Assembly (NCBI GenBank): GCA_001798135.1
Contig: MGRJ01000020.1
Span: 31,513-95,512, forward strand
Direction: 5' to 3'
DNA: 64,000 bases
DNA from: Deltaproteobacteria bacterium RIFCSPHIGHO2_02_FULL_40_28
GTDB lineage: Bacteria > UBA10199 > 2-12-FULL-40-28
Part shown: one piece after another, positions 9,457 to 18,463 of the stretch
How positions within the stretch are numbered: the stretch's first letter is position 1
Layout of the letters: every line of letters starts with the position of its first letter
The notes under the pieces: model-generated
Told to the model about the DNA's origin: nothing
Database searches by the model: none
What the model saw: the letters and a program-made list of their open reading frames with translations, nothing else
Translations under genes and position numbers: made by a program

Positions 9457-10093
9457 TAAGTACTTGGCTGTGGAGGGTCCTATTGGGGTTGGAAAAACCT
9501 CGCTTACCCGTATGCTTGCCGAGGATTTAGGAGCCAGGCTCATTCTTGAAGAGCCAGCCAATAATCCCTTTCTTTCTACTTTTTATGAGGATCCAGACAG
9601 GTTTGCTTTTCAGACCCAGCTTTTTTTCCTTCTCTCACGATATCGTCAGCAGGTTGAATTAAAACAACAAGATCTTTTTAATCAAATAACGGTGTGTGAT
9701 TATGTTTTTGCAAAAGATCAAATTTTTGCTCACATGAATTTAACCCCCGAAGAAATAAGTCTTTATGAAGAAGTCTATCAACTTTTAGATGCCAGATTAC
9801 CAAAACCTGATTTGGTTATTTTTCTTCAAGCCTCTCCCGATGTTTTGATGAACCGGGTACGAAAGAGAAATGAAGTATATGAAAAATCGCTTCGTTATGA
9901 GTATGTAGAACAACTTTCTCAGGCGTATAGCAACTTTTTTTTCAAGTACCAAGAAACCCCTCTTCTTGTTGTAAATGCTTCTGGTATCGATTTTGTGAAC
10001 AATAAAAAAGACTATGACACGCTCAAGAAAGAGTTGTATCATATGATCAAGACACGCAAAGATCGGCATTATATCACCATTGATAGCCGGTAG
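9446..10093 (+). CDS. Deoxynucleoside kinase (dAK/dGK family)
   Basis: N-terminal P-loop EGPIGVGKTSL and a length and layout typical of deoxyadenosine/deoxyguanosine kinases. Confidence 0.8.
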   Translation: MEKLKYLAVEGPIGVGKTSLTRMLAEDLGARLILEEPANNPFLSTFYEDPDRFAFQTQLFFLLSRYRQQVELKQQDLFNQITVCDYVFAKDQIFAHMNLTPEEISLYEEVYQLLDARLPKPDLVIFLQASPDVLMNRVRKRNEVYEKSLRYEYVEQLSQAYSNFFFKYQETPLLVVNASGIDFVNNKKDYDTLKKELYHMIKTRKDRHYITIDSR

Positions 10094-10106
10094 AAAGGGA
10101 CCCACC

Positions 10107-11024
10107 ATGTCTTATCAAATCCACAAAATGAATGAGAAAATTACAGTACCAAAGCTTCAACGTATGGCCAAAGCTGGTGAAAAAATTACCATGATAACGG
10201 CCTACGATTATACCATGGCTAGTCTTATCGATGAGGCTGGCATTGATATGGTTTTAGTGGGGGATTCCCTGGGCATGGTAATTCAAGGGCATTCTAATAC
10301 TCTTCCCGTTTCTATTGATGACATGGTGTACCATACACGTTGTGTGGCCAAGGGGATAGAAAGGGCTCATTTGATGGCTGATATGCCTTTTCTTTCGTAT
10401 CAAATTAGCCATGAAGAAGCTGTTTCCAATGCAGGTAAATTAATTAAGGCAGGAGCCGAATCGGTTAAAATTGAAGGGGGAGAAGAGATGGCCGATTTGG
10501 TGTGGTATTTAAACAAAGTGGGTATCCCTGTGATGGCTCATGTGGGTTTAAAACCGCAATCGGTACACATCATGGGAGGCTACAAGGTTCAAGGCAAAAC
10601 AACCAAGGATGCCGATGTGATTATTAACGATGCCCAGGTATTAGAGGAAGCGGGGGCTTTTTCTCTTTTGTTAGAAGGGTTGCCTATGGAGGTAGCTCAA
10701 AAAATAACTGAAACAGTTTCTATTCCCACCATTGGAATTGGTTCTGGCCCACGTTGTCATGGGCAGGTAATGGTAATTTACGATCTCTTGGGTGCCAATC
10801 CTCATTTTAAACCCCGCTTTGTGAAAAATTACGCCAATTTTCATGAAGTGTGTATTAAGGCTTTGGGTCACTACATTAGTGATGTTCGTGAGGGAATGTT
10901 TCCTACTGAGGAACATAGTGTGTATCGCGAATTACAAATGTTGGAAGGTGGTGGCAAACAAGAATTGACAAAAGAAAAGGGTAGTAAAAAAAGTAAGCGC
11001 GTTAAACATGAAAGTGAAAAATAA
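10107..11024 (+). CDS. panB: 3-methyl-2-oxobutanoate hydroxymethyltransferase
   Basis: Blocks ITMITAYDY, LVGDSLGMV, GIPVMAHVGLKPQ; ATG 10107 follows the dNK stop. Carries an unusual Lys-rich C-terminal tail (KEKGSKKSKRVKHESEK). Confidence 0.9.
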   Translation: MSYQIHKMNEKITVPKLQRMAKAGEKITMITAYDYTMASLIDEAGIDMVLVGDSLGMVIQGHSNTLPVSIDDMVYHTRCVAKGIERAHLMADMPFLSYQISHEEAVSNAGKLIKAGAESVKIEGGEEMADLVWYLNKVGIPVMAHVGLKPQSVHIMGGYKVQGKTTKDADVIINDAQVLEEAGAFSLLLEGLPMEVAQKITETVSIPTIGIGSGPRCHGQVMVIYDLLGANPHFKPRFVKNYANFHEVCIKALGHYISDVREGMFPTEEHSVYRELQMLEGGGKQELTKEKGSKKSKRVKHESEK

Positions 11025-11033
11025 GTTTTCCTA

Positions 11034-11873
11034 GTGAAAGTTATCACCAACATACCGCAAATGCAGAAAATAAGTTTTGCCTTAAAAAAGAAGGGCAAAA
11101 AAATCGGTGTTGTACCCACCATGGGTTATCTGCATGAAGGGCATCTTTCGCTTATTCGCATAGCTCAAAAATATTCAGATATTGTTATCCTCACTCTTTT
11201 TATTAATCCCACACAATTTGCAGCCCATGAGGATTTAAACCGCTATCCACAAGACATTCCGGGAGATTTAAAAAAATGTAAGAAAGCTGGGGTTGATTAT
11301 GTTTTTTCCCCCAAAATTTCAAAAATGTATCCTAAAAATTTTGAAACTTATGTAGAAACTACACAGATATCACTTCCTCTTTGTGGAGGCTCACGTCCCG
11401 GTCATTTTCGTGGGGTAACAACCATTGTTTCAAAATTATTTTTAATTACCCAGCCTACTGTGGCTGTGCTTGGGAAAAAAGATTTTCAACAATTAGCTGT
11501 TATTAAGCGCATGGGTGCTGATCTTAATTTTCCTATTCGTATTATAGGAGCCCCTATTGTGAGAGACAAAGATGGTTTGGCATTAAGTTCCAGAAATGTT
11601 TATTTAACTTTAGAAGAAAGAAAAAATGCAGTTGGGATTTCTAGTGCTCTTTTTTGGATTCGAAATCAAATTAAATCGGGTGAGACGCGCATTGCTATTT
11701 TAATGAGTCATCTTAAAAATAAACTTTTTTCTTGTGGGTTAAGACTCGATTATGCTGAATGTCTTCATTCAGAAAACTTAACTCCATTAACTCACTATCA
11801 AAAAGGTAAAACCCTTTTTGCCGTCGCTTGTTTTGTAGGAAAGACGCGGTTGATTGATAATATTGTAGTGTAA
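11034..11873 (+). CDS. panC: Pantoate--beta-alanine ligase
   Basis: VPTMGYLHEGHLSL signature with N-terminal spacing matching PanC; GTG start at 11034 (alternative ATG at 11061). Confidence 0.9.
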   Translation: MKVITNIPQMQKISFALKKKGKKIGVVPTMGYLHEGHLSLIRIAQKYSDIVILTLFINPTQFAAHEDLNRYPQDIPGDLKKCKKAGVDYVFSPKISKMYPKNFETYVETTQISLPLCGGSRPGHFRGVTTIVSKLFLITQPTVAVLGKKDFQQLAVIKRMGADLNFPIRIIGAPIVRDKDGLALSSRNVYLTLEERKNAVGISSALFWIRNQIKSGETRIAILMSHLKNKLFSCGLRLDYAECLHSENLTPLTHYQKGKTLFAVACFVGKTRLIDNIVV

Positions 11874-11886
11874 GGAAGATATCTCT

Positions 11887-11992
11887 GGTCAGGGGGGAGT
11901 ATTTCTTTCGTCCCTGCGGAACTCCTCGCCCTTCGACTTTGCTCAGGGCTCGTCAGACAGTCCTCGCTCCTCAAGAAACACTCCCCCCTGCC
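11887..11992 (-). repeat. Family-A GC-rich structured repeat (conserved core, complementary flanks), copy 1
   Basis: Reverse complement carries the core CGAGGACTGTCTGACGAGCC...GGCGAGGAGTTCCGCAGG flanked by inverted arms (GGTCAGGGGGGAG / CTCCCCCCTGCC); intergenic after panC. Confidence 0.85.
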
Positions 11993-12061
11993 TTCCACGT
12001 ACCTTCATATTGAGTTATATTCTGGATTTTTTTATTTTATTTGTGTTAAATAATTTTCCTC

Positions 12062-13351
12062 ATGATTGAAATCATCTCTGCAAAATATCTTGTTTCAATG
12101 GCTGCCCCGCCTCTTTTTGATGGAGCCATGGTTATTGAAAATGGTGAGATAATCGATACAGGTCCAGAATCCCAGATGCTTGATCGTTATCCCGATGCTC
12201 TCCATGAAGACTATGCCAATCAAGCTATTTTACCTGGGTTTATTAATGCTCATGTTCATTTGGATATGGGGCTTCATACTAATTATCCCCAGGATCCCGT
12301 TCGTTCTATGGTAGCCCAACCTCATTTTGTAGAATGGCTTTTGGGTTGTATCGAATATAAAAAAAATACTTCTTCAGAACGGTTGCGTGAAGCAGTGGAG
12401 CAGGGGATTGCAGCTTGCATTGAATCGGGTATTACTTGTGTGGGGGATATGGGAAATTATGGAGGCATTGTTCAAAGCTTAGAGCAAGTAGGTTTGCGGG
12501 GAGTTGTTTTTCCTGAAGTTTTAAGTTACGACAGTAGCGTAGCAAGAGATTTATTTGAAACAGCTTTAGCCATTGTAGAAAAATATCTGGAGTATGATTC
12601 TGAGCGCATTAGTGTGGGGCTTGGGCCTTATTCGCCCTATACTTTGTCTCGCAATATTTTACGTATTTTATCGCAGTATTCACGTACCTCTCGTATTCCT
12701 TTGATGATGCAGGTGGCTGAAAGTTTTTCAGAGATGGAATTTTTTTATGATTCTACGGGTGATATTGCCACTTTGCTTTTCCCTAATATTGGCTGGGGTG
12801 AAAATCTTCCACCGCAGTTTCGCAAAACTCCCGTTCAACACCTGGATGAAATTGGATTTTTAGAGGCCAGTCCCATTTTGGTGGGTTGTGTCCATGTTAC
12901 TCCCCAGGATTTGGATCGTATTGAGAGAAGCAAGAGTAAAATTATTTGGTGTCCTCGTTCTAATTCTTATTTGCGTCAGGGGGTAACACCCATTAAATTG
13001 ATTCGACAAAAAGGCATTCCTTTGGCTTTAGCAACTGATGGTCTTTCTTCTACCAATACTCTTTCGCTTTGGGATGAAATGCGTTTTGCCCATCAACAAT
13101 CTAAGGAGCATGGTTTTGGTCTTACTGCTCAAGACTTATTGGAGATGGTAACCATTCGTGCAGCGGAAATTTTGATGTTGGGGAATGAAATAGGAAGTTT
13201 AGTGCCTGGCAAAAAAGCCGACTATATCGTGGTCGATTTAGTTGGACATGAAAAAGAGGTTCCTCTTTATGATCATCTTATTCAAAAAACCAGAGGCTAT
13301 CATGTTCGTAAAGTTGTAGTCGAAGGCCAGTCTTTAAAACAAGTAAATTAA
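12062..13351 (+). CDS. Amidohydrolase-superfamily protein (chlorohydrolase/deaminase-like)
   Basis: Metal-binding HxH in GFINAHVHLDMG; 429 aa, typical of nucleoside/aminohydrolase-type amidohydrolases. Substrate not assignable. Confidence 0.75.
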   Translation: MIEIISAKYLVSMAAPPLFDGAMVIENGEIIDTGPESQMLDRYPDALHEDYANQAILPGFINAHVHLDMGLHTNYPQDPVRSMVAQPHFVEWLLGCIEYKKNTSSERLREAVEQGIAACIESGITCVGDMGNYGGIVQSLEQVGLRGVVFPEVLSYDSSVARDLFETALAIVEKYLEYDSERISVGLGPYSPYTLSRNILRILSQYSRTSRIPLMMQVAESFSEMEFFYDSTGDIATLLFPNIGWGENLPPQFRKTPVQHLDEIGFLEASPILVGCVHVTPQDLDRIERSKSKIIWCPRSNSYLRQGVTPIKLIRQKGIPLALATDGLSSTNTLSLWDEMRFAHQQSKEHGFGLTAQDLLEMVTIRAAEILMLGNEIGSLVPGKKADYIVVDLVGHEKEVPLYDHLIQKTRGYHVRKVVVEGQSLKQVN

Positions 13352-13489
13352 AAAATTCCAGTTGTTTTTTACCTCTAATTACATTTAATCAAATCATATC
13401 ATATAGTTATAAAATAAACATTTACAATTATTTTTGACAGTGGTAATATTATGACACTTTTTTGACACATCGGGGTAAAGGGGGTCATC

Positions 13490-14956
13490 ATGAAGTATTT
13501 ACGTTTATTTGTCGTTTTTTCTAGTTTTGTTTTTCTCATCAACTGTAGTGGGAGTTCCAGTAGCGATAGCGATAGTGATAGTGGAACGGTTAGTTCCGAT
13601 GCCTTAAGTTCCTTAACAAACATCCCTGATTTAAACGTGGATAGTATGGATGCGAATAGTGCTACCACAAACTCCAGTCTTTCCTCCCTTGTCAAGGCAG
13701 CAAGTACAAGGCCGAGTGATAGATCTTATTCAAGAACGGCTTGCGAGGTGAGATCTGCTGTTGAAGAAATTAAAAGCCAAGTCAAAGGTTTTCGGTCTGA
13801 AATGTGTATTGACAAAGCCTTTGAATCTGCTGGTTTGATTGCAGTGGGTAATGGGGCTTTTAATTATTACGAGGTTATTATTGATGAATCCATGTTTGCT
13901 GATGAACTCGAAGATGAACTCGAAGAAGGTGGTTTTGACCCGGATGATTTGGGAGAAGAAACAGCCTATGTGCGCGTTGGTTTAGTGAGTGACCAGTTGA
14001 GTGTGATGTTGTGCGAAATTGATGATGATGATGGTCAAGGCCAAGGCACTTATACCCAAACTTTGGAAATGATCTACACCGTTTCTGGCGGCCGATTTAG
14101 TGGACAATTAACTGATATTTTGGGTTCTGACAGTTATCAAATCACCATTACAGCTGATGATGTTGCGGCATCCTTTGATGATGGTGAAGCCGTGGAAATT
14201 GCCATGGGATTTAATGGTCAATGGGGCGCTGGTACCATTAACTTTAACGCAGACAAAGCCAGCTCGGTTATAACCAATGAAATGGATTTTTCTTGGCGTT
14301 CTGGAGCTTCAGGATCTGAATGGGGTACCTGGCGTTCAACAGGTTATGCCCTTTTTGATTCTCAGGAAGGGTGTGGCGTACACGAATCTACGGGAACCTA
14401 CAAGGGAGATGTGGCAGGCAATATGTTCTCACTAGAAGACTTAACCACTCTAGGCCTTGCCGCTTCTGATAATGTTTGCTGGAAACAAGTGGATAATTAT
14501 GAAACTGCTGTTTGGCCAACTGATTTTGTGGAAGCAGCTGATTCAAATGGCATGTGTACTTTTACAGATGGAAGTACCGATAACACTGAATGTTTCTTTT
14601 ATGACTTAACAGATGCCGGAGCCCTTGATTACATGGTGCTTGGAGATACCTCTGCTTCTCCCTATGTGGATGCTGTTACTGCCAAATCCAGCTTTTTGGA
14701 CTTTAACGAACCTACGTTTACTTTCCAAGAAACCTGGGATTGTACGGCTCCCAATGGGTTTACTCGAGTTGTGGTAGCAGAGCATCCTGATCTCCTTGTC
14801 TCATTGTCTGCATGTATTGCCTTGGAAGTTGAAGCAGAAGGCTCACGCAGTACTGAGTCTTGTGAAGATAAAGAACAGCAAGACCATGCAGAAGGTGAAA
14901 CTGGTCAAGAATTTAGTGGAGAAGGAGAAGGCCAGGGTCAAGAGCAAGGTCCATAA
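13490..14956 (+). CDS. Acidic low-complexity lipoprotein (hypothetical)
   Basis: Signal peptide with lipobox LINC followed by SGSSSSDSDSDSG; strongly acidic (D/E-rich), Cys-containing; C-terminal GEGQGQEQGP. Confidence 0.6.
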   Translation: MKYLRLFVVFSSFVFLINCSGSSSSDSDSDSGTVSSDALSSLTNIPDLNVDSMDANSATTNSSLSSLVKAASTRPSDRSYSRTACEVRSAVEEIKSQVKGFRSEMCIDKAFESAGLIAVGNGAFNYYEVIIDESMFADELEDELEEGGFDPDDLGEETAYVRVGLVSDQLSVMLCEIDDDDGQGQGTYTQTLEMIYTVSGGRFSGQLTDILGSDSYQITITADDVAASFDDGEAVEIAMGFNGQWGAGTINFNADKASSVITNEMDFSWRSGASGSEWGTWRSTGYALFDSQEGCGVHESTGTYKGDVAGNMFSLEDLTTLGLAASDNVCWKQVDNYETAVWPTDFVEAADSNGMCTFTDGSTDNTECFFYDLTDAGALDYMVLGDTSASPYVDAVTAKSSFLDFNEPTFTFQETWDCTAPNGFTRVVVAEHPDLLVSLSACIALEVEAEGSRSTESCEDKEQQDHAEGETGQEFSGEGEGQGQEQGP

Positions 14957-14991
14957 TAGAAAAAGCACTTCAATTCAGTACATGATAATAA

Positions 14992-15020
14992 AGCCCAGGA
15001 GATCCCCCTGGGCTTTTTTT
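14992..15020 (+). terminator. Rho-independent terminator after the lipoprotein gene
   Basis: GC-rich hairpin AGCCCAGG-AGATCCCC-CTGGGCT followed by a run of 7 T. Confidence 0.6.
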
Positions 15021-15122
15021 AATTAAGCACTTACACGCGTGCCTGGCACGCCTGCCTGCCTGAAAAAGCATGAGTCTTGATAAAAATATGTTGATCTCAA
15101 AGGGTAAGTCGTTTATAACTAA

Positions 15123-15143
15123 AATGAATGGGTATTCATTCAT
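15123..15143 (+). promoter_or_regulatory. Inverted repeat upstream of fadE
   Basis: AATGAATGGGTATTCATTCAT (AATGAAT / ATTCATT arms) ending 3 nt before the fadE RBS. Confidence 0.3.
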
Positions 15144-15158
15144 ATAAAGGAGGCTGAA

Positions 15159-17630
15159 GTGGAATTAATTAATCAATTTTATGGAAGTTTTTTGGGGGTA
15201 AGTCAAACCATCTCCATTCTAGGCACCATTGGTGTGGGCCTGATTTTAGGATATCTGGGAGTGCCTTTTATTTTGTGGACCTTGGTCATTGTTGTAGTCC
15301 TTTTGGGATTTGGGGCTCCTCTTTGGTTGCTTGATACTTTCATTATTGTTGGCCTTCTTTTTAGCATAAAACCTCTCCGGAAATTTTTAGTCTCAAGCAT
15401 TCTCATGAAGGCCATGAAAGGTTTTATGCCCAAAATTTCGGAAACCGAGCGCACAGCTTTGAATGCAGGTGTTGTCTGGATCGAAAAAGATCTTTTCTCG
15501 GGCAAACCTAATTTCAAAAAAATGTTGGCAGAAACCTATCCTGATTTAACTGCAGAAGAAAAAGCTTTTGTAGATGGCCCTGTAGAACGCTTGTGCGAAG
15601 CCTGTGATGATTGGCAAGTGTGGCAGGATCGTGAACTTCCCCCCAAGGCCTGGGATATTATGAAAAAAGAGAAATTTTTAGGGATGATTATCCCTAAAAA
15701 ATATGGGGGATTAGAATTTTCAGCTTTGGCTCATAGCGCTGTTATTATGAAGCTAGCCAGTCGTTGTATTCCAGCAACAGTTACTGTGATGGTCCCAAAC
15801 TCTTTGGGCCCTGCAGAACTTTTAAATCACTATGGAACCGAGGCGCAAAAGCAAAAATTTCTTCCTCGCTTAGCTGTGGGAGAAGACATACCTTGTTTTG
15901 CCTTAACCGAACCTACAGCTGGTTCTGATGCAGGCTCTCTTACTGCTACGGGTGTTTTATTTAAGGGAGATGATGGCAAACTTTATATCCGCTTAAATTG
16001 GAACAAACGCTGGATTACCTTGGCTGCTATTTCTACGGTACTGGGTGTGGCCTTTAAATTGAAAGATCCTGAAAATTTTTTAGGGAAAGGCGAAAATGTA
16101 GGTATTACCTGTGCTCTCATTTCCGCTGCTACTAAAGGTGTAGTGATTGGTAGACAGCACGATCCCTTAGGTGTGCCTTTCTATAACTGTCCAACTCAAG
16201 GCAATGATGTGGTGGTTCTTGCTGAAGAAGCCATTATTGGTGGTACCCCATGGGCTGGACGTGGTTGGAAAATGCTCATGGAAAGTTTAGCTGCAGGACG
16301 TGGTATTTCGTTGCCTGCTCAAAGTGTGGGCGGTGCTAAATTAACCACACGAGCGGTAAGTAACCATGCGGTGATCAGAAAACAATTTGGAGTGTCCATT
16401 GGTCAATTTGAAGGAATCCAAGAACCCTTGGCTAAGATGGGTGGGCTAACCTACCTCATGGAAGCAGCCCGTAAATTTGTATGTGGAGCCTTGGATAAGG
16501 GAATTAAGCCTCCTGTTATTACCGCTATGGCCAAGTACACTCAAACTGAACTTGCTAGAAAAATTGTGATTGATGGAATGGATGTGATGGGAGGAAGCGG
16601 TATTTCCAGAGGTCCCCGCAATATTTTGGCTCATACTTATATTGGAATGCCCATTGGGATTACAGTAGAAGGAGCCAATATCATGACCAGAACTCTCATT
16701 ATTTTTGGTCAGGGAGCTCTTCGTGCCCATCCCTATGCCTACAAAGAAGTAAAAGCCATGGATGAAAAAGATTTAGGTGGTTTTGACAATGCTTTCTGGG
16801 GGCATATTGGTCATGTGGTGCGCAATACTTTTCGTTCTTGTTTGTTAAGTTTAACCCGTGGTCATTTAGCTTTTTCACCCGTGGGTGGAAAGACTTCTCG
16901 TTATTATCAAAAATTAGCCTGGGCCTCAGCTTCCTTTGCCATCATGGCTGATATTGCCATGGGTACTTTGGGCGGCCAGCTTAAAATGAAAGAAAAAATC
17001 ACGGGCCGTTTTGCTGATATTCTTTCTTGGATGTTTTTTGGTTTTTCAACCTTAAGACGGTTTGAAGCTGAAGGACGCAAGAAAGAAGATTTACCCTTTG
17101 TGCAATATTCTGTGGAATATGCCTTTGAGCAAATCCAGCAAGCCTTTGATGGTATTTTTGCTAACATGGATGTTCCCGTATTAGGCTGGATTTTTAAAGG
17201 TCCCATTCGTTTGTGGGCTAACTGTAATTCCATTGGGCATAGACCCAATGATGCCTTAGGGCAGCAAGTAGCCAAGCTTGTTCAAAAATCTGGTGAACAA
17301 AGAGATCGTTTAACGGATGGAATTTTCTTTCCTAAAAAGGATGGAGAGGCTTTAAAGATCCAAGAAGATGCTTTCCGTGCCATCATTATTGCTGTTGGAA
17401 TTGAGCAAAAAGTTCGCAAAGCTATTAAGGCCGGCAAACTGCCCAAAAAGGTTCCTTTGTTTCAAATTATTGAGGAAGCCGTTAAACAAAATATTATTAC
17501 TACAACAGAGAAAAATCAGCTTATCTTGGCTGAGAAGTTAAGACTTGATGCCATTACCGTAGATGATTTTAGTCACGATGAGTTTTTGGGAAAAGCAGCG
17601 GGAAATAAACACGTAGCCTTGAGTGCATAA
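15159..17630 (+). CDS. fadE: Acyl-CoA dehydrogenase, FadE-type (long form with N-terminal membrane segment)
   Basis: 823 aa; N-terminal hydrophobic helices followed by an acyl-CoA dehydrogenase core, same architecture and size as FadE; GTG start with RBS AAAGGAGG upstream. Confidence 0.85.
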   Translation: MELINQFYGSFLGVSQTISILGTIGVGLILGYLGVPFILWTLVIVVVLLGFGAPLWLLDTFIIVGLLFSIKPLRKFLVSSILMKAMKGFMPKISETERTALNAGVVWIEKDLFSGKPNFKKMLAETYPDLTAEEKAFVDGPVERLCEACDDWQVWQDRELPPKAWDIMKKEKFLGMIIPKKYGGLEFSALAHSAVIMKLASRCIPATVTVMVPNSLGPAELLNHYGTEAQKQKFLPRLAVGEDIPCFALTEPTAGSDAGSLTATGVLFKGDDGKLYIRLNWNKRWITLAAISTVLGVAFKLKDPENFLGKGENVGITCALISAATKGVVIGRQHDPLGVPFYNCPTQGNDVVVLAEEAIIGGTPWAGRGWKMLMESLAAGRGISLPAQSVGGAKLTTRAVSNHAVIRKQFGVSIGQFEGIQEPLAKMGGLTYLMEAARKFVCGALDKGIKPPVITAMAKYTQTELARKIVIDGMDVMGGSGISRGPRNILAHTYIGMPIGITVEGANIMTRTLIIFGQGALRAHPYAYKEVKAMDEKDLGGFDNAFWGHIGHVVRNTFRSCLLSLTRGHLAFSPVGGKTSRYYQKLAWASASFAIMADIAMGTLGGQLKMKEKITGRFADILSWMFFGFSTLRRFEAEGRKKEDLPFVQYSVEYAFEQIQQAFDGIFANMDVPVLGWIFKGPIRLWANCNSIGHRPNDALGQQVAKLVQKSGEQRDRLTDGIFFPKKDGEALKIQEDAFRAIIIAVGIEQKVRKAIKAGKLPKKVPLFQIIEEAVKQNIITTTEKNQLILAEKLRLDAITVDDFSHDEFLGKAAGNKHVALSA

Positions 17631-17688
17631 AATACCTTAGCACTCCTACGAATTTGCTTTGTTTTTTTATTCGGTCTATACTTTTTCC

Positions 17689-18450
17689 ATGCTGACCAGT
17701 GTTCAAGATTTTTTAGCCGAAGCTACTTCTAAGCGCCAAGTTGTAGGGACTTGGGGTTTTAACTCCAATCGTGATTTTTCTAAAGTATCAGCAGAAGAAA
17801 CCAATGTTTGGTTTTTTGAACAAGTTTTTAATTTTTTACGTTCTTTTTTTGGATTGGTTTTGCCCGATAATTTAGAAATTATTACCTACAACGCTACTAA
17901 ACATTTAAGAAAAGAAAACCTAGAACAACAAACTTTTTTGGATGAATTAATGCTGATGATGAAAGGTTTAAAAGAACCCATCTGGACCCTTCGTCTTAAT
18001 TTAAACCTGGTTGGTTTTTTACGCACTCATCATAATCCCGATCAACTGGTGCGTATTCAAATCCAAGAACCAAGTTCTTTTATTGCTTGGGGTGGTCCAG
18101 ATGAAACAGGTTTCCAAAATTTTAGTATTTCCTACACTTTGTTTAACGAAAGTGTTTTGGAAGGAAGAGATGAAATGGTTTGGTCAGTCAATCAACCCAT
18201 TTTAGAAAAAGCTCTTAAAAAGTGGGAGAGACAAACAGGCCAGATGATTCAACTCATTGATACCAATAGTACAGCAGCCCCTGTTTATCGTCATGGTTTT
18301 AGAAAACCAATGCGCCGTCGTCCCATGCTGAAACGTCGTCCTGTTCCACCTCTGGGGAATGCACCCGGTGTAACCGGTAGACCCATGCCCGCAGGGGCTC
18401 CCAGTCGAGGGATTCCACCACCACGCCCTCCCATGCCACCCCGTAAGTAA
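17689..18450 (+). CDS. Hypothetical protein with Pro/Arg-rich C-terminal tail
   Basis: ATG at 17689 (TTG-initiated frame from 17659); C-terminal ~60 aa rich in P/R/G (RRRPMLKRRPVPPLG...PPPRPPMPPRK). Confidence 0.45.
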   Translation: MLTSVQDFLAEATSKRQVVGTWGFNSNRDFSKVSAEETNVWFFEQVFNFLRSFFGLVLPDNLEIITYNATKHLRKENLEQQTFLDELMLMMKGLKEPIWTLRLNLNLVGFLRTHHNPDQLVRIQIQEPSSFIAWGGPDETGFQNFSISYTLFNESVLEGRDEMVWSVNQPILEKALKKWERQTGQMIQLIDTNSTAAPVYRHGFRKPMRRRPMLKRRPVPPLGNAPGVTGRPMPAGAPSRGIPPPRPPMPPRK

Positions 18451-18463
18451 AAAAGGAGAGTTT

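Noticed and set aside
11887-11992. Possible hammerhead ribozyme in the family-A repeat core (CUGACGAG followed by a short hairpin)
   Set aside because: The segment after the hairpin reads GAGGAG rather than the invariant GAAA of the hammerhead catalytic core, so the resemblance is partial; treated as a structured repeat only.
14796-15026. 76-aa Lys-rich ORF spanning the lipoprotein 3' end and the terminator
   Set aside because: Overlaps the lipoprotein gene and runs through a clear rho-independent terminator hairpin; unlikely to be a gene.
15030-15060. GC-rich tract ACGCGTGCCTGGCACGCCTGCCTGCC after the lipoprotein terminator
   Set aside because: Short and low-complexity; could be a decayed repeat fragment but shows no clear match to families A-E, so not called as a feature.
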